Source: an uncultured Planctomycetaceae bacterium
GTDB taxonomy: Bacteria; Planctomycetota; Planctomycetia; Planctomycetales; Planctomycetaceae
NCBI GenBank assembly: GCA_963976765.1
Contig: CAXBME010000025.1
Span: forward strand, 62,001-126,000
DNA length: 64,000 bases
Reading direction: 5' to 3'
Part shown: positions 39,437 through 49,957 of the stretch, one piece after another
Numbering within the stretch: the first letter of the stretch is position 1
Layout of the letters: each line of letters begins with the position of its first letter
Notes under the pieces: generated by a model
Databases searched by the model: none
What the model was told of the DNA's origin: nothing
Seen by the model: only the letters and a program-made list of their open reading frames with translations
Position numbers and translations under genes: made by a program

Positions 39437-40735
39437 CTACGACCCGACAACCGAGAGGCCAACCTGTCGCGCGCGCTGGCGGACGATGGCTGACTTGCGC
39501 TGTTCGCTGGTCTGTTGGTGAAGATGTCGCAGCAGCCGTTCCTGGGCAAGGGTCAGATCCTGGCCACGACGATCCATCGCCGTTCGAGCCGTGTCGAGAG
39601 CCGCTTCCAGGTTGAGCTTATCATCGAGTTCGCCGTGCCAGACTCGTGCGAACGACGGGACGAATTTCGGAAGCAGTTCGCCGCCGGGCAGCAGCATGGT
39701 CATGACGCCGATCGACGTCCCCGTGTTGAACAGGCTGCAGACGGCAGTCTTGGAATGGTCGCCGATGAAGCAGCCGACCTTTGTCGAGCCGGAATCGATG
39801 GCTTCACCACTCAACGGAACCCGCACTGTCGAATAATCGTTCTTGAGGTCGCTGTTGGTCGACAACGCCCCCATATTAACCCAAGGGCAAACATAGCCGT
39901 GTCCAAGAAACCCGTCGTGATATTTATTGGCGTAGCCGTGCAGGATTGCGTTTTCAATCTCGCCGCCGACCCGGCAAACAGGACCGATCGTCGTGCCGGC
40001 TTTCACATTCGCGCGGAAAAGCTGGCTTTCAAAACCGATGTGGCACGGTCCCTCAATACGCGTGTAAGCCTGAACTTTGACTCCGTCGTCGATCGACACC
40101 GAACCATTGCGAGCGTCGATCACAACGAACGGATCGATGTCGGCACTCGGGCTGACGAAGACGTTTTGAGGATCTCCCAGCACGGCGATCTGCGGTCCGA
40201 ATTCGGTCTGGCCTCCAGAGAAGTTGCATAACCGAAAGTCAGCTTCCAGTTGCTCCGGGTTGAAATCGATCAGATCCCACGGATGGCTGACGACTTTTCC
40301 GTCGGCGCGAGCGGCGGTTCGCGTGCCGGCAATCCTGAGCAGCGGCTCGGACCATTCCGTATCAGTCAACAACGAAGACTCAAACGGATCGACGACCAGG
40401 AACGCGAGTGTCTCGCCACAGAAGCCGGCGACGTCGCTGCCGACAGTTTTCAATTGTTCGATTGATTCAGGAGTCGGCAGCCAGCGAGCGTTGATCAGCA
40501 GCGTCGGCTCTTCACCCAGCCACACGCAATCGTTGACGAAGGCTTCCGGACTGAACTCGCGATACGTCTCCTCGAGATAAGGCCGAATGAAGACACCCCA
40601 CTCGTGGACATCGAGAAACCGGATCAGCCGTTCGCGCAGACTGAACTGTCCGCAGAGAAGCTCGAACACTGGCCGAGTCAGAGCGATCGGTGCAAAGCCA
40701 TCGGCACCGTTATCTTCAAAGAATGCGATCCGCAT
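39437..40735 (-). CDS. Putative sugar nucleotidyltransferase / GlmU-like hexapeptide-repeat protein
   Basis: PIALTRPVFELLCG, left-handed beta-helix repeats, VGGEIEN, NKYHDGFLGH, NSDLKNDY, GDHSKT. Confidence 0.85.
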   Translation of the reverse strand: MRIAFFEDNGADGFAPIALTRPVFELLCGQFSLRERLIRFLDVHEWGVFIRPYLEETYREFSPEAFVNDCVWLGEEPTLLINARWLPTPESIEQLKTVGSDVAGFCGETLAFLVVDPFESSLLTDTEWSEPLLRIAGTRTAARADGKVVSHPWDLIDFNPEQLEADFRLCNFSGGQTEFGPQIAVLGDPQNVFVSPSADIDPFVVIDARNGSVSIDDGVKVQAYTRIEGPCHIGFESQLFRANVKAGTTIGPVCRVGGEIENAILHGYANKYHDGFLGHGYVCPWVNMGALSTNSDLKNDYSTVRVPLSGEAIDSGSTKVGCFIGDHSKTAVCSLFNTGTSIGVMTMLLPGGELLPKFVPSFARVWHGELDDKLNLEAALDTARTAMDRRGQDLTLAQERLLRHLHQQTSEQRKSAIVRQRARQVGLSVVGS

Positions 40736-40945
40736 GGTCCCGTCCCTGGGTAACCCATCGATGCAGCGAGATCCTAAAACTGCGGTCCGTTCCCTGGACG
40801 CACCTCGCCGAGAAGCGGAAATCTAGTGGTTTCTGCGGTTTGGCGGAAAGATGGGTTACGTCGAGGCCGGTTGACGGAACGCGGGCAGGACAGGAATCTT
40901 TACGAGCAACGTCGAATTCGAAATTCAATCTCGCGAGGACATCCC

Positions 40946-41839
40946 ATGCTGCGAAAACTGCCTGCCTTTATCCTGTGCTGCGTGATCTGCGGAATTCTGA
41001 CCTCGCAAGCCGCCGCGGTAGGGGCTCCTCCGGTCGGCGAGGCACACGTCTACAAGAAAGTCGACGATCGCGAACTGAAGCTCTATGTCACAAAACCAGC
41101 CGACTGGAAAAAGACCGACTCGCGACCGGCGATTGTGTTCTTTCACGGCGGCGGCTGGACGGGTGGAACGCCGGGCCAGTTCACCGAACACAGCAAGTAT
41201 CTGGTCACGCGAGGCATGGTTTGCGTGCAGGTTCAGTACCGACTGCTCGACAAGAAGAAATCAGAGCCGCCGATCACCTGCTGCCGGGATGCAAAATCGG
41301 CGATGCGGTGGGTTCGTAGCCGAGCCTCTGAGCTGGGCATCGATCCCGACCGAATCGCGTCCGGAGGCGGTTCGGCGGGCGGGCATCTGGCGGCGTTCGT
41401 CGGGATGGTTGAAGGAACGGACGATCCAGCTGACGACACAAAGGTCTCTGCGAAGTCCAATGCAATGTGCCTGTTTAATCCGGTTTTTGACAATGGCCCC
41501 GGTGCCTGGGGAGCAAAACGCGTCGGCGACCGTTTCCCGGAGTTTTCGCCGTTTCACAACGTGACAAAGGACGATCCTCCGGGAATCGTGTTTCTGGGCT
41601 CGAAGGACGCACTGATTCCGGTCAAGACGGCTCACGACTTCAAGCAGAAGATGGACGATGTCGGCGTCAAATCGGAAGTTCATATCTTCGAGGGCATGCC
41701 GCACGGCTTCTTCAACTACGGCGCCAACGGAAACAAGCCTTACTACGATACCGTCGTGGCGATGGACAGGTTCCTGGCGTCGCTCGGCTGGATCGAAGGC
41801 CCGCCGACACTAAGTGCTGACATCGTTCTGCCTGAGTAA
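40946..41839 (+). CDS. Secreted alpha/beta hydrolase (esterase)
   Basis: Signal peptide, FFHGGGW, GGSAGGHLA, G..D, HGFFN. Confidence 0.9.
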   Translation: MLRKLPAFILCCVICGILTSQAAAVGAPPVGEAHVYKKVDDRELKLYVTKPADWKKTDSRPAIVFFHGGGWTGGTPGQFTEHSKYLVTRGMVCVQVQYRLLDKKKSEPPITCCRDAKSAMRWVRSRASELGIDPDRIASGGGSAGGHLAAFVGMVEGTDDPADDTKVSAKSNAMCLFNPVFDNGPGAWGAKRVGDRFPEFSPFHNVTKDDPPGIVFLGSKDALIPVKTAHDFKQKMDDVGVKSEVHIFEGMPHGFFNYGANGNKPYYDTVVAMDRFLASLGWIEGPPTLSADIVLPE

Positions 41840-42212
41840 CTGCGCACCAGACTCCGAAACTGGCGATCTGACACGTCGCTCAGCTTGCAGCCGTTGCGTG
41901 TCATTTCATCGTCTAAGTACATTGGTAAACACAAAACAACACTCGAACACTTGCCGCCGCCTTCGCATCCTGCCTACCCTGACTGTTCCTGCTCAAACAA
42001 CAGAGCAGCATTTCCGCAGCTATTTCAGCTCCCGCTGAGAAGCGCGCTGTTGTTTTCTGTTTGGCGCAACTGCGGAAGCAAAGGGTCTGGTAACTGCACG
42101 GAACTCGAAGACGGTCTGTCACACGAATTGAATTAACAGGAAGTCACCGTCGTGAGTTTGGTGAGGAGACTGTTTCGCAACCTCGGATATCGCACTTGGA
42201 AGGTTTAGTCTT

Positions 42213-45101
42213 ATGCTGAAGAAAACACCTGTGGATTGGCTGCTGTCCCGTTTGACTCGAAGTCGGAATGCTCGACGGAAATGCCTGAGCTTCAAACACG
42301 ATCGTCAGGGAGCGGCTCCGCACGTTCCATCCGCGATTCAGGAACTGGAAGATCGAGTGCTGCTGGCTGCGGAGATTGCGATTCTTGGCAACGGCGTTGA
42401 GATTGTCGATGGCGATACAACTCCGTCAGCGTTGGACGGGACGATCTACCCGGACACACCAGTTGGTGGCATCTCCAGTAGGACATTTACGATCCAGAAT
42501 ACTGGGGATACTGACCTGATGGTGACCGGTTTTGGATCGTCTGGTCCCCCGTTCGTTGGTTTATCCGTCCAGGACGGAATCAGCCACCCCACCGTCGCAG
42601 CAAATGGTGGCACGTTTACATTTACTTTCTTTGCCATTCCATTATCCACCGTCGGCGACTTTACGGAAACGTTGTCAGTTTTTAGCGACGACGCGACGTA
42701 CAACTTCGACGTAATGATAACAGTCGTTGCTAACACGGCGCCGACGCTTTCCGCGACGGCTGCAGTTTCGGCTGCCGAGGGGGCGACAGGCGTGATCTCC
42801 ACCGTCACAGCGACCGACCCGGACGCTCCGACTTTTCAGACGCTAACGTACTCTATCAGCGGCGGGGCTGATCTGGCGGCGTTTTCGATTGACTCCTCAA
42901 CCGGTGCGCTGTCGTTTGCCGACCCGAGCCTGATCGACTTCGAAAATCCAACTGACACTGGCGGAACGCCCGGAGACAACATTTACGAAGTCATCGTGGC
43001 GGCCAGCGACGGAACCGACACGGTCATGCAGACAGTGAATGTCACCGTGACGGACGTGTCGATCGGGACGCGAACGGTCACGCTGCCGGACGGTGGCGGC
43101 AGTTACCGTGTCAGCCAGAGCGGCGGAAACATCGTTGTCGGGGATGCTTCGTTCAACAGGCTGTCGGACGATCAGCCGAACGATTTCACGACGCTCGTGA
43201 TTCAAGGGAGCAGCGGCGATGACATCGTCACTCTGAGCGGCAACCTGACTGCCTTCGGACACACATTCAGGTTGATCTTCAACGGTGCAGCCGGCAACGA
43301 CTCACTGGATGCGTCCGAAAGAACTGCTGCGGGAGCTTTCGCCGGCACATTTAACGGCGGCAGCGGAAACGACACGCTGATCGGTGGCGGTGGTGCTGAC
43401 GTCTTCATCGGCGGCACCGGCAACGACAGTGCCACTGGCGGAGCGGGTAACGATTCGCTGACCGGCAACAGCGGCAACGACACATTGTCAGGCGACGCTG
43501 GCGATGACTTCATCAACGGAAACGCCAACGCCGACTTCCTGACGGGTGGCGACGACAATGACACCATTCTAGGCGGAGCGGGCACTGACACTCTGGATGG
43601 TGGAGCTGGCAACGACTTCGTCAATGGTCAGGGCGGCGAGGCTGACGTCGTCGCCGGTGGCGGCGGCACTGACACGCTGAAGGGTGGTGCCAACGACATC
43701 ACCATTGCCGGAGCCGCTGGAATCGATCCCGTCGATCCTGCGGCGACTGTGCCGGGCGTTCTGAACGTTGTTCTGCCGGATTCCGGAGGACCGTTCACTG
43801 TTCTTATCAGCACAACTCAGCTTCAGGTTACGTCAGCCAGTTCGACGATTGCCGACGTGCTCCTGGCCGAAGTCGCGTCAATCTCAATTACCGGCAGCGC
43901 GGGTGACGACGCAGTCATCCTCGACGCTTCTCTGGCGGCTTTCACCGGAACTGTCAGCTTCGCGGGTGGCGCCGGAGACGATTTGCTGGACGCATCAGCC
44001 GTTTCAATCAACACGATCTTTGCCGGCGGAGCCGGCAACGACACGCTGATCGGCGGCGGTGGCGGCGATAACTTCGCGGGCGGCGATGGTGACGACAGCG
44101 CCACCGGCGGAGCCGGCAACGACACGCTCAACGGAGGAAATGGCAACGACAGCTTCTCCGGCGACGACGGCGACGACTTCCTCAACGGCAACGCTGGCGA
44201 TGATTCCCTGTTTGGCGGAAACGGTAGCGACACGATCCTTGGTGGTCGCGGAGTCGACCTTCTGGACGGTGGTGACGGCAGCGACGTTGTGAATGGCCAG
44301 GGTGGACTCGGCGATACTGTTGCCGGTGGCGGTGGCGGTGCCGATACGCTGCGAGGCGACTCCAGCGACACTCTGCTCGCCGGCCCCAGCGGCAGTACTC
44401 CGGGAGATTCTGGATCGGGTGGCGGCGGCCTGTCAGGGACGACGCTGACAGTCGCCCTTCCATCGGCAGGCGGAACATTCACCGTTCTCGTCTCCGGCGG
44501 ACAGATTCAGGTCACTCCTTCGGGTGGCGGCGATGCATTGATCGACGAAGTCTTTGCCGGCATCAACAGCATCATTCTTAACGGCGGCACCGGCGACGAC
44601 GCTGTCGTGCTTGATGCAACTCTGTCTGGATTTGCCGGTCAGTTGACCTTCAACGGGGGAGCCGGCAACGACAGTCTGAATTCCAGTGCAGTCTCAATTG
44701 GTGTCGTGTTTAACGGCGGCGATGGTGATGACACCGTGACAGGCGGCTCCGGCAACGACACCGTGAACGGGGGAGCTGGCAACGACAGTCTCTCAACAGG
44801 AGCCGGAAGCGACAGCGTCAATGCCGGTTCTGGTAACGACTTTGTCGACGCCGGAGCAGACGCCGACACCGTGTTCGGTCAGGACGGCGACGACAGCCTC
44901 ATCGGAGGAACCGGCGACGACTTCCTCAACGGCAACGCTGGCAACGATACGATCGCTGGCGGTGACGACAACGACACGCTGCTCGGCGGAGCAGGTATGG
45001 ACTCGCTCGACGGCGGTCTGGGCAACGACATCGTTCGCGGACAGGGGGGAGACCCTGACACCGTTATCGGAGGCGGCGGTGTCGATACCGTTTCTTCCTG
45101 A
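42213..45101 (+). CDS. Exported RTX/hemolysin-type Ca2+-binding repeat protein with Ig-like and cadherin-like domains
   Basis: N-terminal RR…ELEDRVLLA export-type motif, RTFTI.NTG Ig-like unit, ATDPD…YSI.GG.D…DFE cadherin-like unit, many GGxGxD nonapeptides. Confidence 0.9.
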   Translation: MLKKTPVDWLLSRLTRSRNARRKCLSFKHDRQGAAPHVPSAIQELEDRVLLAAEIAILGNGVEIVDGDTTPSALDGTIYPDTPVGGISSRTFTIQNTGDTDLMVTGFGSSGPPFVGLSVQDGISHPTVAANGGTFTFTFFAIPLSTVGDFTETLSVFSDDATYNFDVMITVVANTAPTLSATAAVSAAEGATGVISTVTATDPDAPTFQTLTYSISGGADLAAFSIDSSTGALSFADPSLIDFENPTDTGGTPGDNIYEVIVAASDGTDTVMQTVNVTVTDVSIGTRTVTLPDGGGSYRVSQSGGNIVVGDASFNRLSDDQPNDFTTLVIQGSSGDDIVTLSGNLTAFGHTFRLIFNGAAGNDSLDASERTAAGAFAGTFNGGSGNDTLIGGGGADVFIGGTGNDSATGGAGNDSLTGNSGNDTLSGDAGDDFINGNANADFLTGGDDNDTILGGAGTDTLDGGAGNDFVNGQGGEADVVAGGGGTDTLKGGANDITIAGAAGIDPVDPAATVPGVLNVVLPDSGGPFTVLISTTQLQVTSASSTIADVLLAEVASISITGSAGDDAVILDASLAAFTGTVSFAGGAGDDLLDASAVSINTIFAGGAGNDTLIGGGGGDNFAGGDGDDSATGGAGNDTLNGGNGNDSFSGDDGDDFLNGNAGDDSLFGGNGSDTILGGRGVDLLDGGDGSDVVNGQGGLGDTVAGGGGGADTLRGDSSDTLLAGPSGSTPGDSGSGGGGLSGTTLTVALPSAGGTFTVLVSGGQIQVTPSGGGDALIDEVFAGINSIILNGGTGDDAVVLDATLSGFAGQLTFNGGAGNDSLNSSAVSIGVVFNGGDGDDTVTGGSGNDTVNGGAGNDSLSTGAGSDSVNAGSGNDFVDAGADADTVFGQDGDDSLIGGTGDDFLNGNAGNDTIAGGDDNDTLLGGAGMDSLDGGLGNDIVRGQGGDPDTVIGGGGVDTVSS

Positions 45102-45134
45102 GCCGTCACGGATGAGCTGGTTTTGAAAATGCAG

Positions 45135-45168
45135 AACGCCCCCGAGTTTCGATTCGGGGGCGTTTTCT
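45135..45168 (+). terminator. Intrinsic terminator
   Basis: AACGCCCCCGA / TCGGGGGCGTT 11-bp stem followed by TTCT, just after the RTX gene. Confidence 0.75.
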
Positions 45169-45355
45169 ATTGACCGTTGAGATCTCTGACCAACAGCCGC
45201 GGACTCGAGTTTCTGAAGCCTCACATCAACTACTCATTCTACCACTCCGCCGGAATAATCGGAAAAGTCGACCCAGATTCCGAATTCGACGCAACCGGAA
45301 GAGTCTCGCTGACCGATAAGGGCCGATGTCTCTCCTGCCAGGAATGCGCGAGTTC

Positions 45356-48300
45356 ATGTTTCAGCTTCTGCCAACATCCTTCCGAAATTTTGCGATTCTG
45401 ATCTCGCTCGCCCTGGTGATCGCATGGTCGGAACGGTCGGCGACTGGCCAGGGAATCAACGTTGGCTACGCGGAAGGACCGGCAATTCGCGGAACCAGTA
45501 TGGCGATGCCGCTGCCACCCGGCAGTCAGACTTTTGGCGGTCCCATGCAGTCTGGCCAGATGATTCATCCGTCGGCATCACCCTACCTGTTTCAATCGGG
45601 TACTTCGAATGATGTCGTTTACCGGGGTGCAAATATCACGGCGTCGTTTCCAATGACGGGGGTCGTGGACGTTCCTCCCGAGTCAATCAGTCAGCTCGGC
45701 TATTCAGAATCCGGACCGTTCTCACCCCTCGGCACGTGCAACACCTGCCTGTCCGACAATTGCGGTGGATGTTCGACCGGAGGCTGCGGCAGTCTCGGTG
45801 ACCTCCTGCCGTTTCACTGGATTCAGGCGGTTGGCGGTGATGAATACGGAGTCGCTCAGAACTGGTACTCGCAGTTCGGGATTTTCGCTCCACTGATCGT
45901 ACTGCCGGATGAAACTGGACTGAGCTTCATTCAGGCCAACGGCACGGTCTCTGAGGACAGCGTCTACGGAGCGAACGTTGGTTTCGTCACTCGCTATCAG
46001 GACATGAATTCGTACTGGTTCTTTGGCTCCAGCCTGTGGTACGACTACGAGTCGAACCCGGATCAGGATCTGCACCAGGTGGGCGTCGGGCTGGAAGCAC
46101 TGTCACGCTTCATCGAAGTCCGAGCCAACGGCTATCTTCCCATCGGAACAACATCAAGATCCGAATCGATCACTCCCCGCCTCCAGGGACTGAATCTGTT
46201 GACGGGTTATGACACGCTGGCGCTGGCCGGAGCCGACATTGAAGGCGGCATTCGCCCGTTCGAGCAACCCGAACTGTGGCTGTTCCTCGGCTACTACTTT
46301 TACACCGATCAGGACGACATCCTCGACGAAGACCCCCTTGAAGGACTGCGCGGCCGCATCGAGCTGCGGCCCAACCGCAACCTCACGCTCGGCGTCACCG
46401 TTTCGCAGGACGATGTTTACGACACTCAGGTTTTCGGCAGCGCGACGTTTGCGTTCCGCAGCTTTGCGGATCTGCTATCGGCTCCGGGCGGCTGCAATGC
46501 CGAGCCGCAGTTCACGCAACTGGTCACTCGCAAATCGCGAATCATGACGCGGCGACAGGATCGTCTGGCAAGAAATACAGTCAACGGTGCTCCCATCGTG
46601 ATTGCTCAAGCGAGCTCGACAGCGACTGCCGGTGGAAACGGAACGGCGGAGCAACCGTTTAATACGATCGGTTCCGCGATTAACGCCGCCGGCGAAAACG
46701 GCATCATCTTCGTGCAGAACGGCACGTTCAACGAATCCATCAACCTGCTCAATGGACAGCGACTTCTGGCCGACGGATTCCTCGACACGACTCCGCATGT
46801 CATCAGCACGCAGAGCGGCATCATCACCCTGCCCGGCCAGCGAACTCGTGTCGAAGTTCCGCGACCGACAATCACCTCGAGCGATCTGGTCGGGACTGTG
46901 AAGCTTTGTCCTGAAGGCAACTTTGTCGACAACGTCGAAATCCGCGGTTTTGAAATTTCCAACACAGTCGGTAGCGGGATCGTTGGATTTCTCAACGATG
47001 GACTGGTCGTTCGCGACAACGTCGTTACGGGCAACACGGGCTTTGGCATCGCTCTGTTCAACGCGTCGGGCGACACGGTCAACTCACCGACCGCTCCGGT
47101 TTCGGCGTTCAGTATTCAGAACAACGAACTCACTCAGAACAATCAGGGCGGCCTGCTGGTCGCGGATGTCGATCTTGCATCATTCAACTTCGCGCCGACC
47201 GGCCTCGACATCAACTCCAAAGGCGTCTCATTGGCCGATCGCGGCGACCTGACCTTGCTGGTTTCCGGAAACACGATCAGCGACAACGCCACCACAAACA
47301 CACTCTCACCGCTGGGTGAAAGACTGTCAGACGCGACGCTGAGGGACGATCGGTTCGGCATTCAGGTCGTTGGGCTGACCGGATCGTCAATGACAGTCAA
47401 TGTTGAGTCCAACACACTCGAACGCAACGGCACCGCCGCCGCTCTTGGTCGATTCAGCGCGGCTGGTGGACTGTCAGTCGTTACTGGCGGCACTTCAACA
47501 GTCAACACGAACGTTGTTGAGTCGACCTTCAACCGCAATGCCGGAACCGACATTCAGGCATCTGTTGGCGACGGACCGACCGCTCTGGCGACAGCAGTCC
47601 TCAACCTGAACGTCGACCGCAGCCTGCTGCAGAATGCTCAACTGTCAGACACCAACGACGGAATCCGAGCAGGTGGAATTCGGCTGGACGCTTTCGCCGG
47701 AACGCTCAACTCAACCGTTAACAGCACGGTCATTCTGGGAGACACCACGGTTCTCAACGGAGCCTTCGACCGCATGGACGCGTTTTTCTCCGTCGCTGGT
47801 GGCAACGGTCGAATCAACTCGACCATCTCAGGCACTGACCTGAATGCTCTGACACGATCGGGCAACGAGTTCGTCGGCTGGCACGTTGGCGTGGGCGGCA
47901 TCGCTAAAGACATCGGCGTCAACAATGTCACCATTGCCAACGCGATGATCGACGCCGAGTGCATTTTGAAATTCCACTCGGGTGACCCTGGTGTGCCTGC
48001 CGCGTCATCGTTGACGGCGATCGTTCAAAGTTCCGAGTTGATCGCTCGCCTGCCAACGACTTCGCCATTCGACGGAGTCCGAGTCGTATCAGAAGGCGGC
48101 GCGAATCTGGATCTGTCGATCATCGACTCCGAGTATCGTTTCGAAGGCATCGTCAATGGAACAACGCCGGCCAGACACTGGTTCAATGGAGATGTTGCTG
48201 ACTCCGCAAATCTAACCTTGCTCATCGACAATGGAATGGCCAGAAACTCGATGGCCGGCTTCACCGACTTCATCAGTCTGGCCGCTGAAAATTCCGCAAC

Positions 48301-48823
48301 GATCGCCGCCACAATTCGCGGCACGACAACTGGCAACACGACCGGCCAGGGCATCGACATCGAATCGCTGAACAGCTCGCGAGTCGCGTTCGACGTGCAG
48401 GACTCGATGCTCTCCAACAGCGGCGCGGGACTGGTCAACGTTCGATCGTACGACCAGTCCACCGTATCGAGCACTCTGATTTCCAACACGCTGGTCAACC
48501 CGGCCAGTCAGGCCATCTCGCTGCTGGCTTCCGCTTCTTCGCCGACAGACAACGCTCGCGTTGGAGCTACGCTGACTTCGAACCAGTTCCAGACTCCTTC
48601 GGGAGCCTTGCAGGCCACCAGCGAAGCGGACAACGGAAACACCGAACTCCGCCTCAACCTGACAGGCAACACATCCAACGGCGAGTACCTGCTTGAGCAA
48701 CTCGAAACAGCTCCCGGCGTCGCGATATTCACCCTGTTTGATGGCGGCGGCAACTCACCCGCTCAGAACACCACCGGAACGATCGGAACCTCAGCGACGC
48801 TCCTTGATATCACCTTTCCGTGA
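45356..48823 (+). CDS. Inverse autotransporter-like beta-barrel + right-handed beta-helix passenger
   Basis: Signal peptide; GANVG…R, HQVGVGLE, EVRANGYLP, GADIE.G barrel motifs; G.GT.E.PF.TI..A followed by Asn-rich beta-helix repeats. Alternative starts at 45326 and 45344. Confidence 0.8.
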   Translation: MFQLLPTSFRNFAILISLALVIAWSERSATGQGINVGYAEGPAIRGTSMAMPLPPGSQTFGGPMQSGQMIHPSASPYLFQSGTSNDVVYRGANITASFPMTGVVDVPPESISQLGYSESGPFSPLGTCNTCLSDNCGGCSTGGCGSLGDLLPFHWIQAVGGDEYGVAQNWYSQFGIFAPLIVLPDETGLSFIQANGTVSEDSVYGANVGFVTRYQDMNSYWFFGSSLWYDYESNPDQDLHQVGVGLEALSRFIEVRANGYLPIGTTSRSESITPRLQGLNLLTGYDTLALAGADIEGGIRPFEQPELWLFLGYYFYTDQDDILDEDPLEGLRGRIELRPNRNLTLGVTVSQDDVYDTQVFGSATFAFRSFADLLSAPGGCNAEPQFTQLVTRKSRIMTRRQDRLARNTVNGAPIVIAQASSTATAGGNGTAEQPFNTIGSAINAAGENGIIFVQNGTFNESINLLNGQRLLADGFLDTTPHVISTQSGIITLPGQRTRVEVPRPTITSSDLVGTVKLCPEGNFVDNVEIRGFEISNTVGSGIVGFLNDGLVVRDNVVTGNTGFGIALFNASGDTVNSPTAPVSAFSIQNNELTQNNQGGLLVADVDLASFNFAPTGLDINSKGVSLADRGDLTLLVSGNTISDNATTNTLSPLGERLSDATLRDDRFGIQVVGLTGSSMTVNVESNTLERNGTAAALGRFSAAGGLSVVTGGTSTVNTNVVESTFNRNAGTDIQASVGDGPTALATAVLNLNVDRSLLQNAQLSDTNDGIRAGGIRLDAFAGTLNSTVNSTVILGDTTVLNGAFDRMDAFFSVAGGNGRINSTISGTDLNALTRSGNEFVGWHVGVGGIAKDIGVNNVTIANAMIDAECILKFHSGDPGVPAASSLTAIVQSSELIARLPTTSPFDGVRVVSEGGANLDLSIIDSEYRFEGIVNGTTPARHWFNGDVADSANLTLLIDNGMARNSMAGFTDFISLAAENSATIAATIRGTTTGNTTGQGIDIESLNSSRVAFDVQDSMLSNSGAGLVNVRSYDQSTVSSTLISNTLVNPASQAISLLASASSPTDNARVGATLTSNQFQTPSGALQATSEADNGNTELRLNLTGNTSNGEYLLEQLETAPGVAIFTLFDGGGNSPAQNTTGTIGTSATLLDITFP

Positions 48824-48995
48824 TCCATGATCGTCAGGCAATTCTGCATACCAACGCCCAATGAGGCGTCAACAGACTTAAAAAACGAATCCGTACTTTT
48901 CGCAGGGCGATCCGCGAATTAGCCTTTCGATTCGCCGCCGGCAGTTGCTGGCCTGTGATTTCCAAACAGTTGAATTTTCTTGAGGGAAAACTGTC

Positions 48996-49205
48996 ATGGC
49001 CGTCGACGACGAGTATCAACAGATTGCGGAATGGCTGAAGACCGAGAAAGGGCACTCCGATCTCGAAATCGAAAAAATCATCCTTCATCTGCGGCACTAC
49101 GAAGAAAACACGCAGCTGAATTCAGTCATGGATTCCATTGGTTCCGGCTCGCTGAACCTGACGGCAATCATCGAGCAGGCCCTGTCAGACGAGGGCGAAT
49201 CGTAA
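48996..49205 (+). CDS. Small acidic hypothetical protein
   Basis: 69-aa ORF with GAGGG upstream and a protein-like helical composition. Confidence 0.65.
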   Translation: MAVDDEYQQIAEWLKTEKGHSDLEIEKIILHLRHYEENTQLNSVMDSIGSGSLNLTAIIEQALSDEGES

Positions 49206-49272
49206 GGGCAGGCATTGCCCGCCAATGATTCAAGGATTCATCTGCATACGATTGGTGTGATGCCCACCCTGC
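49202..49272. repeat. REP-like inverted doublet (GTAG-type, degenerate)
   Basis: GTAAGGGCAGGCATTGCCCGCC (49202-49223) and, in opposite orientation, TGCCCACCCTGC (49261-49272). Confidence 0.5.
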
Positions 49273-49360
49273 AATCCACACTGGTGATCAGCCAGCCCAT
49301 CTTCAGGCGGTCGCTCAAATCCGGTTGAGAGCCCGGCGCCGGTTGAAAACCCGGCCCTCA

Positions 49361-49957
49361 TCAGGAGTCGAGTTCGACGTTCCAGTAGACCTCACTGACG
49401 AACTTCGACCAGCTGTCGATACGGATTCCAATTGATGCGTAGATCGGCTTCCATTTCGGTTGAGCCGGCTCCTGCTTGAGAGGCATGTGCGCCTGCCACG
49501 GCGTTCGATTGGCTTTTCGGGAATTGCAGTCAACACATGCCACAACGCAATTCTCCCAGGTCGTCTGCCCACCGTGCGACCTCGGCGTCACATGGTCGAT
49601 TGTCAGCTCTTCGCTGCCGGGGCGTTTCTGACAATACTGACACGTGAATTTGTCGCGTTTGAAAAGGTTCCGCCGACTGAACGCGACCGAACGGCTTGGA
49701 ACGCGGTCGTACCTTGTCAGCGTGATGACCTCGGGAACTCGCAACCGCAGACTGGTCGTTTGAATGAACGGTTCGTCGTCCTTCGGCTGCAACATTGACC
49801 AGTCGGACCACGAATAGATCTGGTAATCATTCGGGTCGACGACTCGGGCGGTGCCGTTCCACAGCTTGGTGAGAGTGCGTGAGACGGTCGCGATTCCGAC
49901 AGGTTGCCAGTTCCGATTAAGAACCAGCGTCGGGCGACTTAACAGACCAGCGGTCAT
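49361..49957 (-). CDS. HNH endonuclease (McrA-like, zinc-binding)
   Basis: LVLN..WQP, FSRRNLF.RD..TCQYC, LTIDHV.PRS.GG..TWENCV.AC..CN.RK.NRTP. AGGAG upstream. Confidence 0.93.
   Translation of the reverse strand: MTAGLLSRPTLVLNRNWQPVGIATVSRTLTKLWNGTARVVDPNDYQIYSWSDWSMLQPKDDEPFIQTTSLRLRVPEVITLTRYDRVPSRSVAFSRRNLFKRDKFTCQYCQKRPGSEELTIDHVTPRSHGGQTTWENCVVACVDCNSRKANRTPWQAHMPLKQEPAQPKWKPIYASIGIRIDSWSKFVSEVYWNVELDS

Noticed and set aside
41840..42212. Possible riboswitch (e.g. c-di-GMP) in the long leader of the RTX gene
   Set aside because: I could not match conserved aptamer motifs by eye; an Rfam scan would be needed.
43330..45100. Dense short DNA repeats resembling an array or CRISPR
   Set aside because: They are coding GGxGxD nonapeptide repeats; no constant repeat with unique spacers and no cas genes.
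49361..49957. IscB/Cas9-like RNA-guided nuclease call
   Set aside because: Only 198 aa, with no RuvC segments or PLMP motif.
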